Source: Leptogorgia sarmentosa
Lineage: Eukaryota
Length of the DNA: 64,000 nucleotides
Assembly (NCBI GenBank): GCA_964658305.1
Contig: OZ210885.1
Span: 10,664,001 to 10,728,000 of the forward strand
Direction of reading: 5' to 3'
Positions 35,001-47,122 of this stretch are shown in pieces. Every line of letters starts with the position of its first letter. Positions within the stretch are counted from its first letter, which is position 1. The position numbers were made by a program, and so were the translations under genes. The notes under the pieces were generated by a model, which did no database searches, was not told the DNA's origin, and saw only the letters and a program-made list of their open reading frames with translations.

Positions 35001-37837
35001 AAGAAAACACACCAAAATCGGCGGTCAACAAACCGAACGAAGACTCCACGAACAAGCGAGAAACGAAGTTACTCGGCCTAACATGGAACAAAACGAAGGA
35101 TACACTTACCGTTGAGACCAAACAGGAACCAGTAACAACCAAACGAGAGGCGTTATCGGAACTAGCGAAGGTTTATGACCCTTTAGGCCTGGTTTCTCCG
35201 TCGACCGTAGTCGCGAAGCAACTCTACAGGGAAATGTGCGAAGCCAAACTCTCGTGGGACGGAGCGTTAACGGAGCAGATCAAGAAACGATGGGAAGAAT
35301 GGCAGCTAGTGGCATCGACAACGTTTACAGTGCCACGCAGTTTAGCACCCTTCCCCCAACCCGTAACAGCAGTTACCCTCCATGCGTTCGGCGACGCCAG
35401 CAAACTCGGCGTGTCAGCAGCGGTGTACGCGGTGGTAGAACAGGAAAACGGTACAACGCAAGGGCTTGTTTGCTCGAAGTCACGTCTTGCCAAGAAAAGT
35501 CTCACTATACCTCGGCTCGAACTTGTGGCTGCCCATATGGCGAAGAACCTCGTGACGAACGTAGAACGTGCTATCGATACTATGAAGGTCGTGGCAGTCC
35601 ATTGTTGGAGTGATTCTACCGTTACTCTTTACTGGATTAATGGCCGGGGTGAATATCGACAGTTCGTTTCGAATCGCGTGGCGAAGATAAAGGAGCAAGC
35701 ACATATACAGTGGCACCATGTCCCTACCGATGGTAATCCAGCTGACTTGGGAAGCCGAGGAAGCGCGTGTGTGGACAGTGAATTGTGGCGGAACGGTCCT
35801 GACTGGTTGAGACATCCGAGCAAGTGGCCTCCAAACATTGTCCCAGAACCCAGCCAAGAGAGCAGCGCCGAAGCAAAGATGTCGAAGAACGTCTTCACCA
35901 CGACAAATGCAACACCAAGAGTCGCGGACGAATTGGACGAGTTACTCGAAGCGCATGAACTTCGCAAGGTCCTAAGGATTGGGGCATGGGTGCGAAGGTT
36001 TATCGAAAACTGCAGACGCAAACGTTTGGGCGACGATCTAGAGCAGGGTCCTATAAAGACGGTGGAGATTCAGATACAGCTTTCGTGGTGGATTAAAAGA
36101 GCACAGGGTGACGCATCGGATAACAACGAAATCGGTAAAGACGAGGTGAAGCTGAACCTTCAACGAAACGAGAGTGGTCTCTTAGAATGTCGGGGACGAA
36201 TTGAAGGAGAGTATCCCATCTACATACCCCAAAATCACCCATTTGCCCACAAGCTGGTAGAACGAGCGCACTTATCAACCTTACATGGTGGAGTTGGGAT
36301 GACCATGGCCAAGATTAGAGAAAATTACTGGATCCCGAAACTGCGGCGGCTAGTTAAGCGTGTCAGAACCCGATGTTGGGGATGCAAGAGATTCCGAGCG
36401 CTGTCCTATGAGAAACCACCCCCCGGAAAGCTGCCATCAACTAGAACCAAAGGAACCACACCGTTCGAAGTGGTTGGTGTAGACTTCGCTGGACCTATTC
36501 GATACAAAACGAAAGGGAAAACGTTCCGGAAATCTTATCTGGTCCTTTATGGTTGTAGCCTAACAAGAGCCGTGCATTTAGAAGTTCTGAGATCATTGGA
36601 ACTGTTGGAGTTTTTATCGAGTCTAAAACGTTTCATCGCGAGACGGGGGCGACCGAGCGTCATATATTCAGATAATGGCACCACATTTAAAGCAGCATCG
36701 AAGTGGCTAAAAGGGGTTCAGAACGACGAACAGCTGAATGATTTTCTCTCGGAACGGTCGGTACAATGGAAATTCAACTTGAGTCTTGCGCCGTGGTGGG
36801 GAGGCCAATATGAACGCCTTATTGGTCTTTTCAAGAGAGCCTTCTACAAATCCATTGGCAACGGAATGCTTACGTTCGAGGAGCTGGAAGATGTCGTGTT
36901 GGACGTGGAAGTAGCGCTTAATGATCGCCCTTTAAGCTACGTAGAAGACGACATTGAGTTGCCGGTGCTCACGCCAAACTCAATGTTAAACATCAATCCT
37001 GGTCGAGTGCCGGTCCTGGAAGCCCATCACATAGAGGACACAGAACTTCGGAGGAGGGCCAAGATTCTCAGGAAGTGCAAAGAAATCATGTGGAAACGTT
37101 GGACTCGAGAGTATGTCCGAAGCCTGCGAGAACGTCACGTGAACTGGGGAGGCCAGCAAGCGTCGGTACCACGAAAAGGATCAGCCGTGATCATTCAAGA
37201 TGATAACAAGAATCGAAAGACGTGGAAACTCGGGATTGTCGTAGAGGTGATCAAGGGAAACGACGAGGTCGTGCGGGGCGCCAAAGTTAAAACGACGAAC
37301 GGGGTGCTAGAACGAGCAATCCAGCAATTATACCCCCTCGAATTGACTTGCAATGAGGAACACTTCCCGAGACCTAACCCCCAGGCACCCCCCTTTGTCC
37401 CACGAACGAGAAGAGACGCAGCGGCTGCTGCTAACCTACGTATCAGGGAACAAGCTGACGAAGATAGACGAGAGACATAAACTTTAACTTCTAAAAGAAA
37501 CTTTTCTAGGTCGCATTGACGATTAATATTACTATATGACATTTATGTTTAGTTTGTTTAGGGATCACTAGAGAACTATAACGAAGTCAGTCTCAAGTGG
37601 ACATATACCTCTTCGACGAGCTATATGGGGGAGGGTGTTGAGAACTGACAGATAAGTCAATTAGGGTAGTCAATTAAATAGGTTAGAATTAAAATATCGG
37701 GTGTCAGTTAGTCAGTGTGTAAGAAGTGGGATACGCGTCAAACCTCGGGCTGTGATTTTTATGATTAAATTTGTTAGTAAAGTTTATTTTTTGTGACTTG
37801 TCGAGGACAACTGTTTTGGAGGCAAACATTCTCGACA
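32040..37837 (+). mobile_element. intact BEL/Pao LTR retrotransposon
   Basis: 202-bp TG...CA LTRs (32040-32241, 37636-37837), apparently identical; TGG-starting PBS at 32244; purine tract before the 3' LTR; TGAA flanking duplication. Confidence 0.96.
32330..37480 (+). CDS. BEL/Pao gag-pol polyprotein
   Basis: KLPKL..F.G (DUF1759-like), three Cys-His knuckles, protease ALIDSG, RT YVDD, RNase H FGDAS/IPRLEL, integrase HHCC + VDFAGP/SDNG, in a single open frame. Confidence 0.95.
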   Translation: MDKHLQTKLKQLKLGADRTKSILDSGKPESIKRHLNALRETVREANEHKRTVEAAKIGAEESAENINEWNLAIEGQIEQGDVEINRLEQWLSEKELSEKQLAQEEQFRAELNLHEKRLKMKAELELSRTKPEMQECSDFKTAKLPKLVISKFDGTFMDWPRFWGQFSEAIDKSSIAPITKLTYLRELLDPKVKRCVETLPFTTEGYNRAKSVLLDRYGKESEIVNSYVREILELPYITSANPRKIAEFSEKLSYCVQALDTMKKLEQVRGNVAMTLGKLVAIRGDLVRTDPDWESWDFAKLSEAVRQWVKRNPATSNEKDRDERKSVFHAREDEVRVRGCVYCEDAGHKATQCNKITDTSERKKILAKKGLCFNCATRKHRAAECSSKASCQHCNKRHHSSICQHPRQSDGNGGKLMTDGGAGEGIFPVVVVKVNGVMCRALIDSGAGGSYASAKLVTMIDEKPSETKLQRIDMLMGSKTTRMEYYDTEISALDGNFKMNVKIAKVEKPELLNISNPGYAELRRKYSHLQDAVINDYDTKRELPIHLVLGNGEYARIKTSTKPLIGGECEPVAEKTKFGWFIMSPGIDFDRSTMLLTQTAHSDFENLCRLDVLGLADVAENDQSVVYEDFKEQLTRHPEGWYETNLPWKANHPRLPTNEAGSRRRLVSVIKKLTREGNYERYDDIMREQLDQGIIERAPVEASGKEHYLPHKGVVKQSAETTKLRIVFDASAKESSEQPSLNECLYPGPPLQNQLWNILVRIRFYPILLTSDIEKAFLQIRVKEQERDSLRFFWKSPGSDVTTVYRFTRALFGMTCSPFLLGGVINEHLRRWESKYPNEVKEIRDGLYVDDLMTGGESVESVSTKREKAVEVFEDGSFKLHKWHSNVMDLEENTPKSAVNKPNEDSTNKRETKLLGLTWNKTKDTLTVETKQEPVTTKREALSELAKVYDPLGLVSPSTVVAKQLYREMCEAKLSWDGALTEQIKKRWEEWQLVASTTFTVPRSLAPFPQPVTAVTLHAFGDASKLGVSAAVYAVVEQENGTTQGLVCSKSRLAKKSLTIPRLELVAAHMAKNLVTNVERAIDTMKVVAVHCWSDSTVTLYWINGRGEYRQFVSNRVAKIKEQAHIQWHHVPTDGNPADLGSRGSACVDSELWRNGPDWLRHPSKWPPNIVPEPSQESSAEAKMSKNVFTTTNATPRVADELDELLEAHELRKVLRIGAWVRRFIENCRRKRLGDDLEQGPIKTVEIQIQLSWWIKRAQGDASDNNEIGKDEVKLNLQRNESGLLECRGRIEGEYPIYIPQNHPFAHKLVERAHLSTLHGGVGMTMAKIRENYWIPKLRRLVKRVRTRCWGCKRFRALSYEKPPPGKLPSTRTKGTTPFEVVGVDFAGPIRYKTKGKTFRKSYLVLYGCSLTRAVHLEVLRSLELLEFLSSLKRFIARRGRPSVIYSDNGTTFKAASKWLKGVQNDEQLNDFLSERSVQWKFNLSLAPWWGGQYERLIGLFKRAFYKSIGNGMLTFEELEDVVLDVEVALNDRPLSYVEDDIELPVLTPNSMLNINPGRVPVLEAHHIEDTELRRRAKILRKCKEIMWKRWTREYVRSLRERHVNWGGQQASVPRKGSAVIIQDDNKNRKTWKLGIVVEVIKGNDEVVRGAKVKTTNGVLERAIQQLYPLELTCNEEHFPRPNPQAPPFVPRTRRDAAAAANLRIREQADEDRRET

Positions 37838-38073
37838 TGAAACCGTTTTCATTGTATTGTTCGTAATCAGAAAATAGCATGTGAAGCCATAACAATTTGT
37901 TAAATCGAATCCAATACTCATTTGAATGCACTGGTTTTTTCGGAGAAATATATTGTCAACTAAAACGGATATTTCACACACATAAATTTTGTGTATAACG
38001 ATAGTACAATACCGTGTAATCGCATCAATGACTTAAGTATTTAGAAGTTTCAAATAATCCTTCATTTACCCAC

Positions 38074-38482
38074 CTGCATTATGGTCGATCCAACTATCAG
38101 TTGACAGTTTCCGGTTGAAAAACACATTATTCTGAAGCGATCCAAATAATACTCTTTTACCGTCGGGTGATATTACTGGTGGGACGCTCGACCCTTGACG
38201 AACAGTCGATACTTCCAAAGAGTCGAGATTGATTTCACAAATATGCATGTCAGGGCTGCATGTGTAAATCATGTTGCGATCGCATGCTATTTCCACTGTA
38301 TAGGACACGGGTAAAATGACTTCTTTCAAAGACGCATCTGGCTTTTTCCAGTCCCAGATGAACACATGGTTATCTTCGCATCCAATTATAACTTGCAACC
38401 CATTAGAACTAAAGCGAACAATCTCAGGTGTGCCATCGCTATCAATTTCATTGATCACACTGCCATCACACAAATTCCACAC
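38074..38482 (-). CDS. NB-ARC/WD40 gene exon (WD40)
   Basis: TTTTCAAG acceptor, GTGGGT donor; VRFSSNGLQVIIGCEDNHVFIWDW. Confidence 0.8.
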
Positions 38483-40936
38483 CTTGAAAAATAAAAGGAA
38501 AAGTTGTTCTGTGTGATACGCAACATGCGCTTAAAACTTGTGACTACAATGATTTTATCGAAACTAATTATCAATAAAAAACTAACACGCACATGAATGA
38601 CTTTGTAAATAGGTCTAGTTAGTTATATTATGCGTGCACCTCAAAGCGATTAAAAACCGGACGTTATGCAGATTTTAAAGACTTGGATAGAGCATAACTA
38701 GTTAGTTAATACGTTCTAGAATAGTTTTTACGTTTCAATTTCCGAGATATACGTATTAAGAACAGACCTATAATATGACTGGACAAAGCTTCGGTAATGC
38801 ATAAATGAACCAATGGCGCCCATATTGGAGTGTCCATCTAAAATCCACTTCTGTGTTTTTGACGTTCCTACAACTTTACGTTATAACTTGGAATGAATAA
38901 ACATTGTCTGAATAAATTGTCTCCGAAAATGGCGTCTTTTTCCTTTAAATTTGCTCGTGAATGACTAATGAAGTCACACCAAGAAGAACCCCGTGTGATT
39001 CTTTGTTCTGTCACCCTGAAGGGTGGTATTCAGCGCCTCCTAACGTATGGGTGTTTAGGAGGTTAGTGGCCCGCAAAACACGTGGTTGTTACTTTTTGTA
39101 CTCGCATCATTGCATGCACATTGTGCTGGTATTGCTCTCTTTTTACCGCAATTATAAATAAAATCTTCATTTTTTACTGTGGTTATCTGTACTGTGAAGG
39201 GGCTCCTAAGTATGGGCCCCGAAGGATCAGAATATTCTCTGTGAAGCTTTTAAAACGCTCGAGAAAGCACTAAAAAAGTTATGACAAGCTATGTGTATGT
39301 CTTGAACTGCAAAAGACATTTTCTCTATAATCCGACATGCATGCATGTTGCGATACCATTTACGGAAACTGCGATCGATTTCACTCATTTTAGAATCTCA
39401 TCTCATTAAAAATTTCTATCCGCTTCAAAAGGATGATAAATCCAGTAGTTAAAGATCAGTGGATTAATGGGCTCGAAAAAGAAATTTTGCCATCTCATGA
39501 AAAAAGTGGTGCGAATGTCCCAAAAAGCCATCTTTACTGAACAATATTTACAGTTTGCATTACGTGAGTGCGATAATTAAGATATTTTACGCTATTCGTT
39601 TGAAAAGATGTCTCCTCTCAACGCAGTAACTCCAATAGCAAAGGATCGAGTTTATAGTAAAGAGAAAAGGACATCTTCCTGGGGTCAGCCCACCCTTGTG
39701 CGAAAAAAATGAACTTGACTAACATTTTACAGTGTATCAGAATCTTTGAAAACCAGTTTCAGTTTATAAGCGGTTCAATATGGAATTAAATGAGTCATGA
39801 GATTTTGAAAATAAAAGTAGTTGCGAAGAAGATAACAAACTTTGAAACAAGTTCAGTAACTTTAGTAAATTGTGGTCTTGAACTCAGCAAATTTAACTAT
39901 TAGATTAAATTAGTTGCGCTCTGCATATATCCCCCAAACGAGTGCTGCAAAATTGCTTAAACACAATGTGAAACCGAAATTGTGTGAGATTTTACCTACT
40001 CCTTCACCAATCAACCAACCAACAATACAAACAAAGCTATGATGACAGGTAGGTTCGACCGTTCCAGCGTGTGACATGCATTTTACTAGCTACCTATAGT
40101 GATGACGGTGTCTGCTGATGTATTGCGAATGTCATAAATTTCCTGTCTCAGGCCAGAAAAACGGCAATCCAGGCAATACGAAACAAAATTTTCATCGTGT
40201 GTATGCGTTAGGGGCGGGGAGATGCTTCAACGGGACATTTTAAAATTGAATTAAGGCGCACAGAAATACGTTTTCCGGCGTTTTCATGCCGAATTTTGTT
40301 TTAACGACCGGTACAATCATGATCTTGTGGAAAAAACCTAATATCAATTCAAAACTGTATGAGGAGAAGAGATATTTTCCTTTGTTAAGAAAGACAAGTA
40401 ATTCACGACTTCTTTCCATGCAAAAAAGTGAGCGGGGGAACCACAGGCTCCAGAGCCCTCATCTTTCGCCGGGTCTGCCATCTAAGACACAGTAGCATGT
40501 ACGACGTTAGAAATTATAGGGTTATGATTTGGTTTGGAATAAAAACTTCTCTAATAATATAATCTTTCTAACGATTTTGTTTAATTTACGTCTTCACTTT
40601 TACGTACGCATTTACTGCATGTAGGTATATAACCCCGTGAATAAAGTTACTGGAGAAAGTTTCGTTAGTTTATTTGAGTTCAGGAGTCTATTGGAGTTTT
40701 CGTTATATTGTATCATGAGCCTTATAACACGAGCCTTTTGTGGTGATTGTAACAGATATAAATCATTAAAGTCGATAGTTGCACACTCATTTCTGTTCTG
40801 GTTTAAAATATGTCAGTACGAAGTCCTGGAATGGATTGAATGTGAAGTTACCGGGTTCAAAACAAAGCGCATAACGCGGATGTTGTCCAGTTTAAGCCAG
40901 GGTTTCCAGTCCATGCCTTCGATTATCTAAGGTCTG

Positions 40937-41274
40937 CACTCCCGCCGAGAGGGGGGCAAGGGGGGGGCAAATTGCCCCGGGCCCCTGGGGCCCCTGAAAA
41001 CTATTTGTTGGCCCCAGTCGTCTTTTTTGGTTGTTGAATAATCCCGCGCAAAGGACAAAATCTCTGGTTGTTTAGGCGTAGTACCGAGTTTTGGCGTAAA
41101 GAAGAGATAAAGTCGGTCGGAAGTAATCGCAACGTACTCGTCTGGAAAATTTTTTTGTAGTTTCCACGCCCCCCCCCCCCCTGTCGACAGAAAGTTTTTC
41201 CGGGAAAATTTTATTAGATAGGGGCCGCTAAAATAAATTTGCCCCGGGCCCACGCCTACCTCTTGGCGGCCCTG
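40937..41274. mobile_element. hAT-type MITE
   Basis: Perfect 8-bp TSD AAGGTCTG (40929-40936, 41275-41282); CA...TG ends with imperfect TIRs; subterminal TTGCCCCGGGCCC motifs. Confidence 0.8.
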
Positions 41275-41608
41275 AAGGTCTGATACAAATCTTCTTTAAT
41301 TTAAGAACACATCTGATATAACATCAGAAAATCAAAGTTATAGTTTATGCCAATCAACCGAAATGTGCGTATTACATATGCTGATACCTGCACGCTGATG
41401 ATTTCCTCTGTGTTTTCTTCATGAATTATTAATGCTTTTCAGAAGTATATGTACCCATGTTTTGTAAAAATTGTATACATTCCTAATAATGAATACGCCG
41501 AGTCGAAACGTGGAACAAACAATTCAAAAAATTTCTTGTGTTTGGATGTTTCTATTGTTATGTATTTCTATATGCACAGTATGACTAGTATAGCCTTGTG
41601 TACTACAC

Positions 41609-41706
41609 CTTTATCGAGGACTTCGTTGAGCTATAATCCTTTGACAGCGACACGACATATTGATCATCAGCAGAGACTGCAACATGTTCTGCCCATTCAA
41701 GGTCAC
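41609..41706 (-). CDS. NB-ARC/WD40 gene small exon (not in the ORF track)
   Basis: Phase 1 to phase 0 exon GDLEWAEHVAVSADDQYVVSLSKDYSSTKSSIK bridges the flanking exons into a WD repeat. Confidence 0.7.
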
Positions 41707-42951
41707 CTATTTAATCAGGAAGGAAAAAATAATCAATTCAGAAATTAAAGTAAACATCAAAAGGATATTTTCTGTAACAGTCACAAATGATCAGGTTGGA
41801 CGCGTTATTAAAATTAATGCAGAAATATTTGCAATTTAAGGATTTATATACAATGAAAAGAAAAATCTTGAGGAGTGGATTAAATACTGTATCTAATATA
41901 ACTGGATACTTTAACAAGCAGCAAAAGTTCTACTCACCAACCGAACGATAGGCAGTGAATTTGTTTTCTAACGTTTAGGTAGTAAGTAGAACTTTTGCTG
42001 CTTGTTGATGTTATTATATCCGGAACCTACACTGGTCGCATATTGATCCTTATTCTAGAGGACTAGACTATACACTATCAAAAGAATGGACTGGAAACGC
42101 ACACTGAAACTGCACAACAACCGTGATACGCTTGATGTGGAACCCTGTAACTTCACGTTAAATCCTTTCCAAGACTTCTTATCGACATATTTCAACCATA
42201 AGAGAAATGAGTGTGCAACTATCCACTGTTCAAGGCAAAAAACCACTTTGCAACAAGTGGTGAGAAATTTTACATTTTGATATTTTGCTTGCGTTGTGTT
42301 TGTCATTGTTGCCTTTTAGTATCAAATATTCCGTATCTCTACACTCTTCTTTATATACTCCTGTAACAAACAAATAACTTCACAGTTGCTCGTTTGTACC
42401 GCTATAATTTACTCGTTGTGATCGCTAAGCTCACTCGTTCACTGCGCTCACTCATTTATTTAGCGATCCATCACAATTGTTAAATAAAAATCGTACGCAC
42501 TCGCCAACCGTGAAGTAGCCGCCAATCTCTATGTATTGTTTTTCCATCTTAGACAGTCGCCAATACAAATCGAAAGGCAATTAACGTAGGCCTAATTAAT
42601 CTACGAAAGCCTGCTATCCATTCAACTGTACTTAACCACCGGTTTTCTGTCTTCATATCAGTGCAGAGCGTTGCAGACAAGAACGTTTCTCATTAACTAT
42701 TTCGATTTGCTAATTATACACGAGTATCTACAAGATTTGAATTTCCAGGTAAATTTGTTCTACGTAAAAATAGTAGTTTTTGAACATGGTACAGTACTTG
42801 AAGCACAAAAATTAACAAGATTGAGGCTAGGTTAATATGAATATAGTAAAATGAAAATGAATTTGCTGAAATGAAATGAAAACGAGATCGTCCGCAACCT
42901 ATTTATAAGAAAGCTGGCCCAAATAGACAATTAGTACCATTTGAACTATAC

Positions 42952-43184
42952 CTGTGACAGAAAAGCACTGTGTGTGAAGATTCCAAACTTTGAAAGTTCC
43001 ATCGCTAGATGCGGAAACCCATCTACAGTCATCACGAGACATTTTAATATCTGTGACGTCATTTGAATGATAAAAGAGACTGCTTTGTTCCATGTACGCA
43101 GCAGTTCCCAGGTTCCAAACCCTGATACTTTTATCCCATGACGCTGTCAATGCCTTCTTTTCTTTGGGAATTGTTGCAACACCG
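42952..43184 (-). CDS. NB-ARC/WD40 gene exon (WD40)
   Basis: TTTCAG acceptor (phase 2); ALTASWDKSIRVWNL, VSASSDGTFKVWNL. Confidence 0.85.
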
Positions 43185-44008
43185 CTGAAATATTACAAGT
43201 TGATTGTTTATTTCTAATAATAATTATTTCTACCGAAAAAAGGCAAAAACGACCTCTGTCAGATTATTGATTGTTTAAGAAACCCATATTATCAAAATAT
43301 GCTGTATAATTTATTCATACATGATCAGGGAAATATGTCGTATTCATCGAATGTTAGTGCAAATGAAAACTACATCTATGGTCACTTTATCTTTAGCAAA
43401 AATCGTTCCATTACTATGTCGACAACAATTAAGAAGATAGATAGATAGATAAAACCTTTATTTATACATAGGGTAGTCCCGTCAGTAATCAAAATAACTG
43501 TTATCAACGGGAACCCTATTGACATATTGTAGCGTTCAGTACGGCAGAAAATCAACGAAAGCAGCAATACAAGATAGGATAATGATAGATGTACAACGGG
43601 TAAAATTATGTTGCACTGAATGTCATACGCTGAATTTCCTACGTTTATCCCTCATTAAAATCTTTCTAAAGCCCAAGTCGTCCATTGCAAATAAGCACGA
43701 CTATAGCCACAAGCCAATTAGTATATTAGTGTAATAAATAGAAATTCTTGTAGCGTTGCGAACAAATGGATGACTGAAAATTACTTTCATGGCGTTCATC
43801 TTCGCTATCTTTTCAATTCATCAATAACCGATTTCAAGAAGCAGTACGTCTAAGTGTGACTGTTAAATATCGTAATAAATTAATACAATTACACAAAACA
43901 GAATGTGTTGTATGTTAAGCTTAATGTTATGTATCGGGTCTTCGTTGTTGCCTTTCCCGCATAACGATCTTTTCGTTAAATTAGATATAGCTGCTAGAGT
44001 GAACCCAC

Positions 44009-44249
44009 CTGATGCGATCGGTATGACCTTCATATCAGGAAAGGGACTTTCCAGTGTGGAAACACCACAACCTCACACTTTCTCTGTTGTCTCCAGAGAT
44101 AATATACTTTTTATCATCGCTCACAGCAATACTGGAAACACGAGATCGAACGTCAAGGGTACGAATTTCCTGATACGTTTTTAAATCCCAAATTTTTATT
44201 GTCCCATCGTCTGAACCAGACACGAGCATTGGATTGTTTTTTCCTGAAT
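44009..44249 (-). CDS. NB-ARC/WD40 gene exon containing the in-frame TGA (44035-44037)
   Basis: LVSGSDDGTIKIWDL...GKSLS*YEGHTDRI; AG/GTGGGT donor. Confidence 0.8.
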
Positions 44250-46912
44250 CTAAAAGAGAAACTTCGCACTTTAGTCGAACTGGCACAAAAAAACAAGGGA
44301 AAGCAAAGTACATGATATCCTAAATATATTCAATAACTCGATCGCTGACAGGAGAAATTTTTATATATGCATTCTGCAAGTCCAGGCAATGGATTCTACA
44401 GTAGTAGAATACCGAAAGTTTATTTTGTTGGTACCGTTAGGATATTGAAGAGAAATTGACGCAAAAAGAAATTCCAATGTGTCAGGATAAATTTGAAATA
44501 CTCAAAATATGGCCGAACCGTCTGGCACGTACAATAGTCATGATCACGAATGAATTGTGCAAAGTAACATCATTCTTCCAGTTAGTTTTGCATAATGTTA
44601 AAGCTCATTACGACCGCGAGGAGGTTATGTATAATCATCCTGGTTTGTTTGTGAAATATCGAACATCTTGCACAATTGTTTTCCATTACACAAGGAAGAG
44701 ATGATTACATTTTGGTTCAATTCGGCTGAGAATCAAGCAAAACATTTATGAAAAAAAACTTTCGTTCCTTTATTTTTAATGCGTAATGAAGTTAATTGAT
44801 AGTCTGGATGTGTTGTGTGAATTAGTATATTTACGGTACCAAATTTGGGTGAAAATTTATTGAGCACCCACCATCTACTTAGTCCCCTCTTCAGATAAGC
44901 GGCCACCTGAAAGCAGGCAAACATAAACATCCCCCAGGGGCTAAATAGAGGAAATACGGTAGACTTTCTTGAAGCTGCTCGAATAGTTAATTTCGCAATA
45001 CGTGTTTAATTGGATTTTATACAAAACAAATTTCCTTCTCGTTTAATAAAAATACATAAGAAATACGCAGTCGTAATCAACATTTAATTTGGGCCTCAAA
45101 GTACTAAATGTTTGTTGAAGTTATTTCAAAATTTTACGATAATATAAGTGTTAAAACTAAGTTTAACTTCTGAAAAGTCTAAAATGTTTTTTCTTGAGGA
45201 AATATTCGAGTACCTAAATTTATAATTGCTATTTCTACCTATATCCATACTATGTACTGTACATAAAGTTACGGAAAAGTCTAATGAAAGATCGTAAGAA
45301 CTCTGCGTTGGTGCAATTACTCAAAACCAGAGTGTAACAGTTCTGAACAGTACGTACACTGTAGCATGTACCGCAATGGGAAATTTTCATTTCTGCATTA
45401 AATCATTATTAGTTTGCACATGTATTCATACTTATGTTTGGGAACATAACTGTGTTTAACTACTGTTAACTGTTGCCCAACTGCTCTTTCATGTCACTGA
45501 GTAACTGTGAAAATTGACTGATTAAATTCAATTATTATCACATTTATTCAAGCAACTAACCTACCAAGTTCTAACAGTACAGCACAATGTTTGTCACAAC
45601 AATTATAAAACAGGTCAAACTATATAAATTTTGTCTGTTGGAAGAAGAGGGTCTGAAGTCAAGATGGACAAGATAAGTCAAACAACACCTGGCTATATGT
45701 ATATCTTGGCAATGGACAGTATATCTAAAACAATATTACTTTACAAACAACATTCATGTTGGCTTCGATCCATTTGTTACTTTATCTATATAATTTCATA
45801 AGTTAAAAACAAATGGTATAAAATGCTGTCATATTCTGTTGTATTGAATTCTATTATATATTGTAGTTCAATTTGATACGTGTGCATTAATTAGATACAT
45901 GTGAAACGGCTAGAATTGTTCTTGGTTGATGTATCCCTATGAAATGCATTTCAGAGCAGTGGCGTAGGATGGTGGGGCACTTTCACCCCCAACTTTCATG
46001 GTTATAAGTGCCGTTTTAAAAAGAAATTGACCTTCTTTCATGCCTAGGATTTGTACAGCTTTCTGATAGACATGAGAATTTGCCCAAATGTACTAAAATA
46101 TTTTGTAGGATTCCATTATTCATTAGCTTTTAAATGTTTTTTTTCCAAGATGCCGCCTTGCTGATTGCAAGTTGCAAATACAGGAACAAGTTTTTATTTA
46201 AAGTTGCAACATTTAATAGTAAAGGTTTGGATTCTGTTGTCCTTGTGCCTCCCCCTCCTCTACAAACTACAACTTGATTCCTATGCCCTTGTTTCAGAGG
46301 TTGCTTTTATTTTTACGGCACACTATTATTACTTACAAGAGGTCTCAACGCTAATAAAATATACAATACCCTAAATGCCAAGTCTTTCGAATCTACTTGT
46401 ACAGTATCACAATTTATACATTAAGGTCTGCGACACAGGGTAATCAGTTGAAATATACACACAAGCAAATTGTCTCAAAGTATATTTAGAAAGCTAGCAT
46501 AGATAAATCTACTGGCCATTTTAAAATACTCTTAGCATATACAAATACAACCAGCCTAAAAATTTTGAAAGAAATCAGATAGTCCTAAAATAGTGCTTGT
46601 ACATGAACGCACTGGCTACCACCATACTAACAATTAAGGAAAGACTTTGCTTTCTTTCTAGGCATAATTTTTCATTACAATATTAGAATGCTGTTGCAAG
46701 CAGGTATTTTTGTGCAATAATTGGGAAGATTTATTCCAAAACATGATATTCCCCTCCAATTGATTAATCATTGCTTTATTGAACCATTAAGGAAGTTTAT
46801 AATAAAGAATATGTTTTATCCGAATGAAATAACAAATATAATTCTGAAGAGACTCTATTGAAGTAAGATCTTCAAAATGTTATGAAATATTAACTCATAC
46901 AGTATTACATAC

Positions 46913-47122
46913 CTGTTGCGACAACACATTTCACCCAATCTGTATGGCCAACCAAACTGGCCTCAAAATTTAGTGTATCGGCTTTCCACAACTTGATAGT
47001 CTTGACATCATATCCAACAGTAGCAATGAACTGTCCATCTTTGGTCGTACACAGCGACATGACTCTCTCAGGAATACTTGTTGAGAGGTTTTCTCCGGTA
47101 GATACACAATACACTTTCAGCC
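46913..47122 (-). CDS. NB-ARC/WD40 gene exon (WD40)
   Basis: TGTAG acceptor, GTATGT donor; TIKLWK...LVGHTDWVKCV. Confidence 0.82.

Noticed and set aside
44035..44037. TGA read as selenocysteine
   Set aside because: The position is a non-catalytic WD40 linker and I could not identify a SECIS element; CGA-to-TGA is simpler.
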